Shown: positions 1-20,100 of the stretch, piece by piece
Numbering within the stretch: the stretch's first letter is position 1
Layout of the letters: each line of letters opens with the position of its first letter
Source of the DNA: Tubiluchus corallicola
Lineage: Eukaryota > Animalia > Priapulida
Assembly (NCBI GenBank): GCA_030141605.1
Contig: JAQGDQ010000190.1
Coordinates: forward strand, 1 to 64,000
Reading direction: 5' to 3'
Length of the DNA: 64,000 nt
Program-made: the position numbers and the translations under genes
The notes under the pieces: model-generated
What the model saw: the letters and a program-made list of their open reading frames with translations, nothing else
Databases searched by the model: none
What the model was told of the DNA's origin: nothing

Positions 1-122
1 AATAGTAATATGTTAATTATAATTTTCGTCGCACATTGAAATGTTCTGGAACTAATAATTTAGTGTGACATCTATTATAAATTCTGAAAACAGACAACCT
101 ATTATTATGTTTTGGGTGAAGA

Positions 123-803
123 CAGATTAGTGCCATTTGCAGTGACGTCTGCTGTACAGATTAGTGCCATTTGCAGTGACGTCAGCAGTACAGATTAGTG
201 CCATTTGCAGTGACGTCAGCAGTACAGATTAGTGCCATTTGCAGTGACGTCAGCAGTACAGATTAGTGCCATTTGCAGTGACGTCAGCTGTACAGATTAG
301 TGCCATTTGCAGTGACGTCAGCAGTACAGATTAGTGTCATTTACAGTGACGTCAGCAGTACAGATTATTGCCATTTGCAGTGACGTCATCAGTACAGATT
401 AGTGCCATTTGCAGTGACGTCAGCTGTACAGATTAGTGCCATTTGCAGTGACGTCAGCAGTACAAATTAGTGTCATTTACAGTGACGTCAGCAGTACAGA
501 TTATTGCCATTTGCAGTGACGTCAGCTGCACAGGTTAGTGCCATTTGCAGTAACGTCAACAGTACAGATTAGTGCCATTTGCAGTGACGTCAACAGTACA
601 GATTAGTGTCATTTACAGTGACGTCAGCAGTACAGATTAGTACCTTTTGCAGTGACGTCAGCAGTACAGATTAGTACCTTTTGCAGTGACGTCAACAGTA
701 CAGATTAGTGCCATTTGCAGTGACGTCAGCAGTACATATTAGTGCCATTTGCAGTGACGTCAGCAGTACATATTAGTGCCATTTGCAGTAACGTCAGCAG
801 CAC
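123..803. repeat. 34-bp minisatellite, about 20 copies (CAGATTAGTGCCATTTGCAGTGACGTCAGCAGTA)
   Basis: Unit starts at 123, 157 and onward with period 34. Most copies carry the palindrome TGACGTCA. Confidence 0.97.
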
Positions 804-1007
804 AAGTTTCCATTTTTTTGCTGTTCAAATTTTATCTGACATGAACTTAAATACCTAAAATGGTTCGGAAGTGGTGCTGACAAGTCAACGGCTTAGCTGT
901 GTCTAGGTTTTTTACTAGATTAATTGCTGTGTTTACCTGTCTTGAGAAGAAGATTTCTTTTATTTTAAAATATGCCTGCACAATGTTTACAATAGACATA
1001 ACGTGCG

Positions 1008-1164
1008 TATGACGATAATGATAATGATGATATGATGATGATGATGGTATGATGATGATGTTGATAATGATGATGATGATATGATGATGATGTTGATAAT
1101 GATGATGATGATGTGATGATGATGATGGTATGATGATGATGATGATGATATGATGATGATGATA

Positions 1165-1224
<60 letters not shown>

Positions 1225-1313
1225 GTCATGATGATATGATGATGATAATGATGATGATGATGATAATGATGGTATGATGATGATGATATGATGATGATGA
1301 TGATAATGATGAT
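1008..1313. repeat. (GAT)n imperfect microsatellite
   Basis: Direct reading. It explains the poly-Ile/Ser ORF 987..1229. Confidence 0.97.
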
Positions 1314-1587
1314 ATTACGTTGTACTATGCTCCGTTTTCATTCCTATTCAAATTTCCAAGAGAAATTAAGCGCATAAGGAAAACCAAACGATGTCCATTC
1401 ATTTGTGTGGAAGTCCTCTGGTTCACTGTAGAATTGTTATTGACAAAACACAAAGAATAGATCAAGTCGTGCGTTGCGTGCAGACAGAGTGATTTCAGGT
1501 ATAAATTCTATTCAACCCGCATTTTCTTCCCAGTATTCTGACTTCCAACATTTGATCAGTTGATTCAGAATTTTCAGGTGACGAGAA

Positions 1588-9724
<8,137 letters not shown>

Positions 9725-10162
9725 AATTCCCACATTCTTGAAGAATGTCCGTCCGATATTCCGAGTTCGTCCATCTTAGTAATTTGATTGTTCGAGAGCT
9801 ACAATTCGAACACGTGATCGAACATGTTTTAAGCATATGTTTTTACTGTTTACCATTTCTTTATTGTTTACAATCTGTATTTCTGGTGAGTTTTTTCACA
9901 TTTTTCAATTTCTATGAACTAAATTGACTAGTGTCAAAAGCTGTCTGTGTGTTCTTGTTAAAGTGCTAAGCAGGTGAAAAAGTGAAAAGCTTAAACCCCC
10001 TTAAATTAACGTTGGCAGGTGGAGCGACCAGTTGGGAATGTGATTATGACTGAGTCGTCGTACATTATAAATACCTCATATGCGCAGACAGAGATTGTTA
10101 ACCTGATTAAAGAATAATCCTTGAAGTGTAAAACCGAAAGCCTGTTTTTCTTTTGTACAACA

Positions 10163-11860
10163 AACAGACAAAGCAATTGTATTAGAATATGGCACCCATT
10201 GTTTGCCATACAACAGACAAAGCAATTGTATTAGAACATGGCACCCATTGTTTGCCATACAACAGACAAAGCAATTGTATTAGAACATGGCACCCATTGT
10301 TTGCCATACAACAGACAATAGTGATCGTATTAGAATATGGCACCCATTGTTTGCTATACAACAGACAATAGTGATCGTATTAGAATATGGCACCCATTGT
10401 TTGCCATAGAACAGACAATAGTGATTGTATTAGAATATGGCACCCATTGTTTGCCATACAACAACAATAGCGATTGTATAAGAATATGGCACCCATTGTT
10501 TGCCATACAACAGACAATAGTGATTGTATAAGAATATGGCACCCATTGTTTGCCATAGAACAGACTATAACGATTGTATAAGAATATGGCACCCATTGTT
10601 TGCCATACAACAGCGATTGTATTAGAACATGACACCCATTGTTTGCCATACAACAGACAATAACGATTGTATTAGAACATGGCACCCATTGTTTGCCATA
10701 CAACAGACAACAGCAATTGTATTAGAACATGACACCCATTGTTTGCCATACAACAGACAATAGCGATTGTATTAGAACATGGCACCCATTGTTTGCTACA
10801 CTACAGACAATAGTGATTGTATTAGAATGTGGCACCCATTGTTTGCCATACAACAGACAATAGTGATTGTATTAGAATATAACACCCATTGTTTGCCATA
10901 CAACAGACAATAGTGATTGTATAAGAATATGGCACCCATTGTTTGCCATAGAACAGACTATAGCAATTGTATAAGAATATGGCACCCATTGTTTGCCATA
11001 CAACAGCGATTGTATTAGAACATGACACCCATTGTTTGCCATACAACAGACAATAACGATTGTATTAGAACATGGCACCCATTGTTTGCCATACAACAGA
11101 CAACAGCGATTGTATAAGAATATGGCACCCATTGTTTGCCATACAACAGACAATAACGATTGTATTAGAACATGGCACCCATTGTTTGCCATACAACAGA
11201 CAACAGCAATTGTATTAGAACATGACACCCATTGTTTGCCATACAACAGACAATAGCGATTGTATTAGAACATGGCACCCATTGTTTGCTACACTACAGA
11301 CAATAGTGATTGTATTAGAATGTGGCACCCATTGTTTGCCATACAACAGACAATAGTGATTGTATTAGAATATAACACCCATTGTTTGCCATACAACAGC
11401 GATTGTATTAGAACATGACACCCATTGTTTGCCATACAACAGACAATAACGATTGTATTAGAACATGGCACCCATTGTTTGCCATACAACAGACAACAGC
11501 GATTGTATTAGAACATGACACCCATTGTTTGCCATACAACAGACAATAGCGATTGTATTAGAACATGGCACCCATTGTTTGCTACACTACAGACAATAGT
11601 GATTGTATTAGAATGTGGCACCCATTGTTTGCCATACAACAGACAATAGTGATTGTATTAGAACATGGCACCCATTGTTTGCTACACTACAGACAATAGT
11701 GATTGTATTAGAATGTGGCACCCATTGTTTGCCATACAACAGACAATAGTGATTGTATAAGAATATAACACCCATTGTTTGCCATACAACAGACAATAAC
11801 GATTGTGTTAGAATATAGCACCCATTGTTTGCCATACAACAGACAATAGCGATTGTATAA
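10163..11860. repeat. About 50-bp minisatellite, more than 30 copies (TTGTATTAGAACATGGCACCCATTGTTTGCCATACAACAGACAATAGCGA)
   Basis: TAGAATATGG at 10331, 10381 and 10431. Some units are shortened. Confidence 0.97.
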
Positions 11861-12689
11861 TCGATTGCCATAGGAGAGACTGTACAAAATGTATTACAAC
11901 CAACCAACAAGGCATCCATTGTTGTCTTCACTTTTCTGCACAAGCCTAACAATCTCTCTCTGTGCACACTTGGCATTTAATTCTATGCAAAGTCATTGAC
12001 TTTCTGTTACTCATTTTTGATTTACTGTCCAATCAAGCGACTGTGTTTTTATTAGATTAATGTCGTGGTGACATAACTGTTGTAACTGAATCAAATGCAG
12101 GTACTCAGCTGAATTTTTCTAAACCTAATAATGATGCTTTATTTGACTTATTTTCTTGTTCATATGCAGGTTGGTTGATGTTAGATAATGTAATCGGTGT
12201 TCAGTGTTGATTGTTTGTAAGGTGTATAAAACTCTGCATCTAAATAACACAAATAAACAAACAAATGTAATAGTAATAATAATTATAGATGTATTATCAA
12301 ATTTTCATTGATATCAGTGAGATTATTTACACCTCTATAATTTTATCTACAGCACACTGCTGTTAAATAGGAAATTAGTGTTGCATTCATGCAGGTTTCC
12401 ATAGAAACAAAACATAAAGCTCTATTTGAAATCTCAATAAAATTTCTAAATAACTGATGCATAATTACAAATCAATTATCAGCGTTCAGCAGAAAATTTT
12501 CCTAACAAATAATCACATAGAAGCCGCTGAACTTGTTCAATAATCTCACAGTACTCAACAATCACCATGCTGTCTTTCAATAATCAATTAATCACTCAAC
12601 AATTGCTTGTCAGACACTCTACAATGAGTCGTTATAATCACAATTATTCAGTAAATACTCAACAATCGTTCAGCAATCACTAAACAATC

Positions 12690-13920
12690 ATTCAGTAATC
12701 ACTCAAGAATTGCTCAGTAATCACTCAACAATCATTCAGTAATCACTCAACAACAGTTCTGTAATCACTCAACAACAGTTCTGTAATCACTCAACAATAG
12801 TTCAGTAATCATTCAACAATCATTCAGTAATCACACAAGAATCCTTCAGTAATCACTCAACAATCATTCAGTAATCACTCAACAATCATTCAGTAATCAC
12901 TCAACAATCATTCAGTAATCACTCAACAATAATCCAATAATCACTCAACAATCATTCAGTAATCACCCAACAATCGTTCAGTAATCACTCAACAATCATT
13001 CAGTAATCACTCAACAATCATCCAATAATCACTCAACAATCATTCAGTAATCACTCAACAAACATTCAGTAAACACACAACAATCATTCAGTAATCACCC
13101 AACAATCATTCAGTAATCACCCAACAATCGTTCAGTAATCACTCAACAACAGTTCTGTAATCACTCAACAATAGTTCAGTAATCATTCAACAATCATTCA
13201 GTAATCACTCAACAATCATTCAGTAATCACTCAACAATCATTCAGTAATCACTCAACAATCATTCAGTAATCACTCAACAATCATTCAGTAAACACTCAA
13301 CAATCATTCAGTAATCACTCAACAATCATTCAGTAATCACTCAACAACAGTTCTGTAATCACTCAACAATAGTTCAGTAATCATTCAACAATCATTCAGT
13401 AATCACTCAACAATCATTCAGTAATCACTCAACAATCATTCAGTAATCACTCAACAATCATTCAGTAATCACTCAACAATCATTCAGTAAACACCCAACA
13501 ATCATTCAGTAATCACTCAACAATCATTCAGTAATCACTCAACAACAGTTCAGTAATCACTCAACAATCATTCAGTAATCACTCAACAATCATTCAGTAA
13601 TCACTCAACAATCATTCAGTAATCACACAACAATCATTCAGTAATCACTCAACAATCATTCAGTAATCACTCAACAATCATTCAGTAATCACTCAACAAT
13701 CATTCAGTAATCACTCAACAATCATTCAGTAATCACTCAACAATCAATCAGTAATCACTCAACAATCATTCAGTAATCATTCAACAATCATTCAGTAATC
13801 ACTCAACAATCATTCAGTAATCACTCAACAATCATTCAGTAATCACTCAACAATCAATCAGTAATCACTCAACAATCAATCAGTAATCACTCAACAAATC
13901 ATTCAGTAATCAATCAACAG
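12690..13920. repeat. 22-bp minisatellite, about 55 copies (AATCACTCAACAATCATTCAGT), with a degenerate left flank from about 12540
   Basis: Direct reading. Confidence 0.97.
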
Positions 13921-14624
13921 CAGAATATATTTTAAAACAGAAAAGTCTTTTTGGCATTTTAGCATGGGCTAAAAAACTAATGCAACAGCATCTGCTAATT
14001 AACATTCAAACAGGTGAAGATAAAACCAAAACAGGAGGTAAAACACAGGTAACACAATGTGGCACAAGAACACATCTCAGACCTGCATCACATTTAATTT
14101 ATTGGAACTAACATCAATTAGCACAAAATAACTTTACAATATCGGCTAACCAAGCATTCCTAACAAATCACTAAAAAGCAGTCACGTTGCAGCCATACAC
14201 TAACTCTAAACTACAACGATTTACGGCGAGAACTATAACTGTTCTAAGGTAAACATAATTTTGAAATTTACTCATTATTTCCTAATGTAATGAATGTTTC
14301 TTGAATGTCAATACAACTATGTGAGAATTAATGCCCTGCCACATCTAAAGTGCTCATAACAAAGAAAGTCTCAAAATGTCATAATCAATAGAAGACATAA
14401 TAAAAAACTTTTAAATAAAAAATATCATTCAGTCCACAAGAGATTGCAAGAATTTTTTACATTACGTAGGAAAGGGTATTGGCCATACACATGTACTCTG
14501 GAAAACAAAATTTCTGGAGTAAAACTATTGAGAATTTTTGGAAATTTTTACAATTACAATTATATTGATTTCAGCGCACAAACAATTTAACGTGGAAATG
14601 AAAATATACTTAACCAAGTAATAC

Positions 14625-15629
14625 CTGAGTTTCTCTAACGACCAGTAATGAGTGGCTCCATTTTTCGTATCTTGAACTTCAACAGCTACAATGGTCTTAG
14701 GATACGGTCGTTCGCTAGATGTGTATCCAGGCGGTAGCAAATCTGGTGGTAATGGTGAATAGAGTGTGTCTGTTAACAACACAAACTGAAACTGCACCTG
14801 GAAATACGAATTTGGATAAAGTATTTGCACAAAAAATGCTCTCACTCAGACAATTAAGAGAACGACAGGCAATAGTGACAATACCAAATCTCAAAATAGA
14901 TGAAAATGCGATGAAACAAGAATACGGCATTCATTGTTTTCAGGTAGTAGTCAATATCTATAACTAGGTATGAGAAACAGCATATTCTGAGCAGTTAATA
15001 CTATAAAGCACTAAATCGTTGTACATTGTTATCCATTTTACTAGATTAGTTCTCATAACTACCCGTATTTTTAGACACTACTTTTTATGTTATGACTCAA
15101 CGACAATATTTTATTCCTGCTATAATTGTTACGCTACCTTTTTCTTCATTTCAACACTAATTGCATTCGCTTCCTTCAAGAATATTGCATTACCCCATAA
15201 ATCGTCCTGCAAAATACGAAGTAGTTGCTAGAACTATTCATACCTTTATTTATATAAGCACATTTGCATGACACATTCTATAATTCAATAGGTACTAAGA
15301 GACCAGCTTATAAAGATACATCAAAAATGATTTTTAAACAAAAAATAGCATAGCAGATTTCTTACTGATCATTTTTTCTTTACATTGGGTCTGGCCCAGA
15401 AAATGACATTTATAGCAAGTCAACTACAGTAACATACAATAACACAAAAATGAATCACTAAAACAACTGAAAGCAGTTAAACTTTACAAACACATTATGA
15501 ACAGTCAAATATGTTTTATAAACACTCAAAAAGACGGACTAACCCGTAATGAAGTAAACTGGTGGTATTTCCACTTTGTAAAAGCCCAGGCACACAATTC
15601 ATACTGTCGTTCAGTCCACGTACATGGTT
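14625..15629 (-). CDS. unc-104: unc-104/KIF1A internal exons on the opposite strand to the rest of the gene
   Basis: Exons 15629-15544 ([29 protein letters not shown]), 15206-15138 ([23 protein letters not shown]) and 14797-14625 ([47 protein letters not shown]). All have AG/GT boundaries and matching phases, and they match the KIF1A stalk. Confidence 0.93.
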
Positions 15630-16389
15630 CTGCAATAAGTGATGCTTTTTAATATAAATCACAACATCCTAGCTGCAAATTGCAGAGTAGTCTAGAGTTC
15701 AGATGCTCAATAACTAGCAAATTTACATGTGATTTGTGCGGATGCATCACTAGCAGCATTAGACAAACATAGCTGAAGCTTTCTCTAAATGGTACCAGAA
15801 CTGAGGTTATACACCTTTTTTCTAAATTTAAAGGCACTACAGTCGATTTTATTATGCAAATGAAAAGTAGGGGATCAGACGATACATCCATCATTGCTGT
15901 TTACAACCTCCAACCTATAATTCTGTTTTAAAATATATTCTGCTCAAGGACAAAAAATTTCTTTCATCAGGAACTTTTAATAGACAATTAAACTAGTCAA
16001 TTTAGTCAAACTATCGTATATCAGTAACTAGGCAATTGACTAGTCACTTCTTTTTATATCTTAGGAACAAAAGCTTGATTTTGTATTGGATCATTGCTAT
16101 CGCTTTATTTTATGGAATGTAAAGTGACCAAAAACTTACTGCATAGTAGTTGCTGGAATTAACTAGAATGATATCATAAATTTGGGTGCACTCTACTCCT
16201 AAAAGCAGTGGTTTCTTTTTTTCTAAATAATCTATCAGCAACCAATTATTAATCATTACAACTAACTGCCATTGATATTCCATAATTGGATGTTTAGCTT
16301 TGTTGGGTAGACAATTAAAAATTGGCTTTATTTACAACACTTTTCTTTTTAGCATAATTAACTAAGACATTAATAATGCATCTGAGGGT

Positions 16390-16770
16390 AACTGGATGCA
16401 ACTAGCGGCATACAGCACGCCAATAGTTCCGAGCATACCCAGTCGACATAAGCAGCTCAATGATGCAACTCAATGCAACGCAACTCAGTTCCAGTGAGTT
16501 GCTGATGTTCTACTCGCATCATACGGTATCCACCGCATATTAACCTGAGCATTGTTCAACAATGATTGTGGACTGGGCATGTGGTTTGGTCAGAGATTTT
16601 TTAGTTTGTGTTCAGTCAGCCGTTCTCGACCTGAGCAGTGTTGTGACTCCCGGGAACTCGTATCTTCCTAGTTGCTGGAAATCAGTTGCAGTCGACATGA
16701 GCACGTGTGTACAACTGTTTACTGTCAGTTGAAGCGAGTTGCATCTCGTTGTAGCTCGACCTGAGCTTGG
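16390..16770. repeat. GC-richer element with short internal direct and inverted motifs (possible degenerate MITE)
   Basis: GATGCAACT(A/C)GC inverted at about 16395 and 16734. CTCGACCTGAGC at about 16625 and 16755. GTCGACAT occurs twice, and there is a GCAACTCA..TGAGTTGC hairpin. Confidence 0.4.
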
Positions 16771-17192
16771 GTTTAGGAAAGACACTGTGTTGAATGTCGT
16801 TTTATTGGTTATTGCTTCTCTGCTGCTTACTCGAATGACATAAGTTTTACGAATAATGACATAAGACAAAATTTATGAGGCATGTCTTAATATAATTCAG
16901 CTTTTTGATGTTAGAAGCATTATACTGTAGATAGAGAATGGTTTTTTTTTGCTGTTAAAATGATGTTGGTGTTGTGTTGCTTATTGTTTCCTCGCATTGC
17001 TAGATTTGCACGTTTTTCCTACCTGGTAAAATGGATGCTGATTCTGGTGAAATTTATTCACTGCATTTCATCTTTAGCTTGATTGGTGTAACTCCTTTCT
17101 TATCCTAACACTACATGTAACAAGTTATGCTATCATATGAAACACAATTTAGATGTTTGTTTTGTCTGTCTACATTATGTTTATATGCACAG

Positions 17193-20100
17193 GCATAGAC
17201 TAGAACTCATGCGTCAAATTTACAATGAGGATTTATCTCCGGATAGCCCAGAAGCAAACGAAGATCCTTTCAAATGTCTTGGTAGCTGCACCACTCAGAA
17301 CTACTTTAACTTTTACAATCTTATTCCTTCCAGGTGTGTTCCTCTTGTTTCTTTGACTGATTTTTTTCTTGTGTTACTGGGATTTGTTCATGAAAGTAGT
17401 GTTTTACTGATTTAGCCTAGACTAGTTTGATATTTTCAGGGTTTACATCTTCTGATGTGCTTATGTAGCTGCAATTATTGTCTGGTCTTCTGTGCTTGAA
17501 TGTTTTTCATATTCCTGTGAAGTCAATAGCTTGTTTTAGAATTGGAGACTGATTGGATCGTTAGTTGACCTAAAAAGTTGCCTACATTATTAGTTAATGT
17601 TGATTTTTATTATTGACTACTGACAAAACAAGAGTGTTATTTTTATTAGAGGGATTTTTTTGTTGTCTTCAAATGTGATGAAAAAGGTTTTTTTCTATTT
17701 TGAAAATTAGTAATGACTTACCGTTACATTTCAGACAAAGACTGGAGTTGATGAGAGAGATGTACAGTAATGAAGCTGAGCTTTCCCCGACTTCTCCGGA
17801 TGCAAACATTGAAAGCATCACCGGTGGAGATCCATTTTATGATCGCTTTCCTTGGTTCAGACTTGTTGGAAGGTATAAGAGATCCATTTAATTTGCACTG
17901 TGCTTTGTTTACACAAATTTGTGCACATGCTGGATGTTCTTTTTACGCCTCACAATGTTGCTGATCATTTTACACTGTAATTAGTTCCTAAGCAAAGTAA
18001 TAGACGTAGCTCAGCCTTGCAGTCTTGATTGTTGAAACAATTTTTGTTATAACTTTCGTATATTGCTTATTTTTTATTTTAACTGACTAGTCATATTGAC
18101 ATAAATGTTTTGTATCACCATAGTCTGATCTATCTCTAGGGCATTTGTATATTTGACAAATCTTCTCTATCCAGTGCCACTAATTCACAAGGTAGCCATT
18201 GTTAATGAGAAAGGTGATGTCAAAGGCTGGTTGAAAGTCTGTGTGCAAGTTGTTACAGGTAACACGTTTCTTTTGTTGCACGTATATGAATAAAGAAAAC
18301 TCTGATTTTAGAATTGCCAATATCTACAATAGCCATAATGGGCATATGATGATGATGATGATGTCATGATATCATCTGAGAATAAATGAGGCTAATTTAT
18401 TTGCTTCTCTTTTTTACATTACATTACGTTAAAATTCCAGTTTTCATTGTTTTTTATAAATTACATTCTAGAAGAGGAAGAAAATCCAGATATAGGATCA
18501 GGTGTTCGTCAGTCTGCACGGATTTGCTTTAATAATGGAGAGGTAATGCTGTAATAAGCTTTAGTTGTTGCTGTTTGGAGATGTAGAACTTGCAAAAAAA
18601 AGTTCTGGCATAGCAAGAGCAATGAAGATTGTATATTTAGGGATTCTGTAGTGTGGCAGTTTAATTTGTCTTTATGTTTGTCAGGTGAAGTTTTTCAGTT
18701 AAATTCATTTTGCAACTTTAAATTTGTAAACATATTCAAGTGTCATCGTTAAAGGCCGCAGTCTACATTGCAGGGTAAGCCAACTGTGATTAGCTTATCC
18801 CCATTGAAAAAGTCAACAAGTTCTGAGCCAGAGCTACAACGCATGTCTGGAGATGGGCAGTCGCCAGATGCGGTAATTGCCGAAGATGGTAAGCTTTACT
18901 CTGAAACTTAAACTGTTAGCATTGTACTACCCACTGGATTCTTTTAAGCTTGAAAGAAGATAAGGTGCATGAAAAAGTTAAAGTGCATTATATGATAACA
19001 GTTTGCCTAAAAAGTAATAGTTCTGAAGTGTTCACTGTAATAATCTAAGTCTTTCGAGGTTTGTTTTGCACATATATTCTCGAATTGCATGATGAACTAC
19101 AAATTTTAAACCATATTTTTGCAGTAATTGAACACCAACACATTCTGCAAGAAACACAAGTTGAGGAAGATAAGCAAGGCCTACAAAAAGAACTTCCAGA
19201 TCATTTGCAAATTGGGAAGGATCTGAACTTCCGTGTGACTGTCTTGCAAGCCTATGGTATACCAGTGGAATATGCAGATGTCTTTTGTCAATTTAAGTAA
19301 GTTTACATGTGTTACATTACCAAAGTGTAGCCTATTAAAATAGTTTCATTCCATAAATACGCTTGTTAAAATTGTTGTAAGTGCTTGTGCAAATAATTTA
19401 CATACAACTGTTATTGTCAGGTACATCATAGTCATAAACTATCTGTGTTTTATTACGATAAAATGATAAAATCATATGGTAAATGAAAGAGTTGATGATT
19501 TTTCTGTAGCTTCCTGCACCGCCATGATGAAGCTTTCAGCACAGAACCCCTGAAAAACACTGGAAGAAATCCTCCTTTAGGATTTTATCATGTACAAAAT
19601 GTAAGTGATATTTGCATTAGGTCTACTTACATCAGTTGTTGCAGGTACACAATATTTCACAGAACTTCATCAGTGAAAATTAAACTACAAGAGTAAGAAT
19701 CAATTAGAGTTTTAGATACTATAAGTTCTTTTCAAATGAGAAAAGTCTGAACATACAGATATCTCAATGATAAATTTGAGAATCTACCACATAGATTCTA
19801 ATTCTGTGATTCCTTGTAAGTTTAAAAATTTATTATACTATGTAAATAAATGAATAAACCACGCTTGTTGCAATAAATTTGCATATTTTTTTGTTTAAAT
19901 TTGTTCTTTTTTTTTCTTTTTTTTTTGAAATTATGTCCTCTTCAAAAATATATAGCCAAAAAATGACAATATGCACTGTCTAGATTCAGACATTGATGAT
20001 GCCAATTTCTGAATCTAAATAGTGCATATTGTAATTTTTCACTACACATTCTTGAAAGGACGTAATATCAAAATGCCGAACAAATTTAAACAAAAAAATA

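Noticed and set aside
123-803. CRISPR-like regular array
   Set aside because: There are no unique spacers and no cas genes, and the context is eukaryotic. It is a minisatellite.
10006-11976. Repetitive Cys-rich ORFs on both strands
   Set aside because: They are artefacts of the 50-bp minisatellite.
9918-16006. 15-bp inverted match ACTAAATTGACTAGT (9918-9932 versus 15992-16006) as inversion recombination sites
   Set aside because: A few such matches are expected by chance in 64 kb of AT-rich DNA, and there is no other support.
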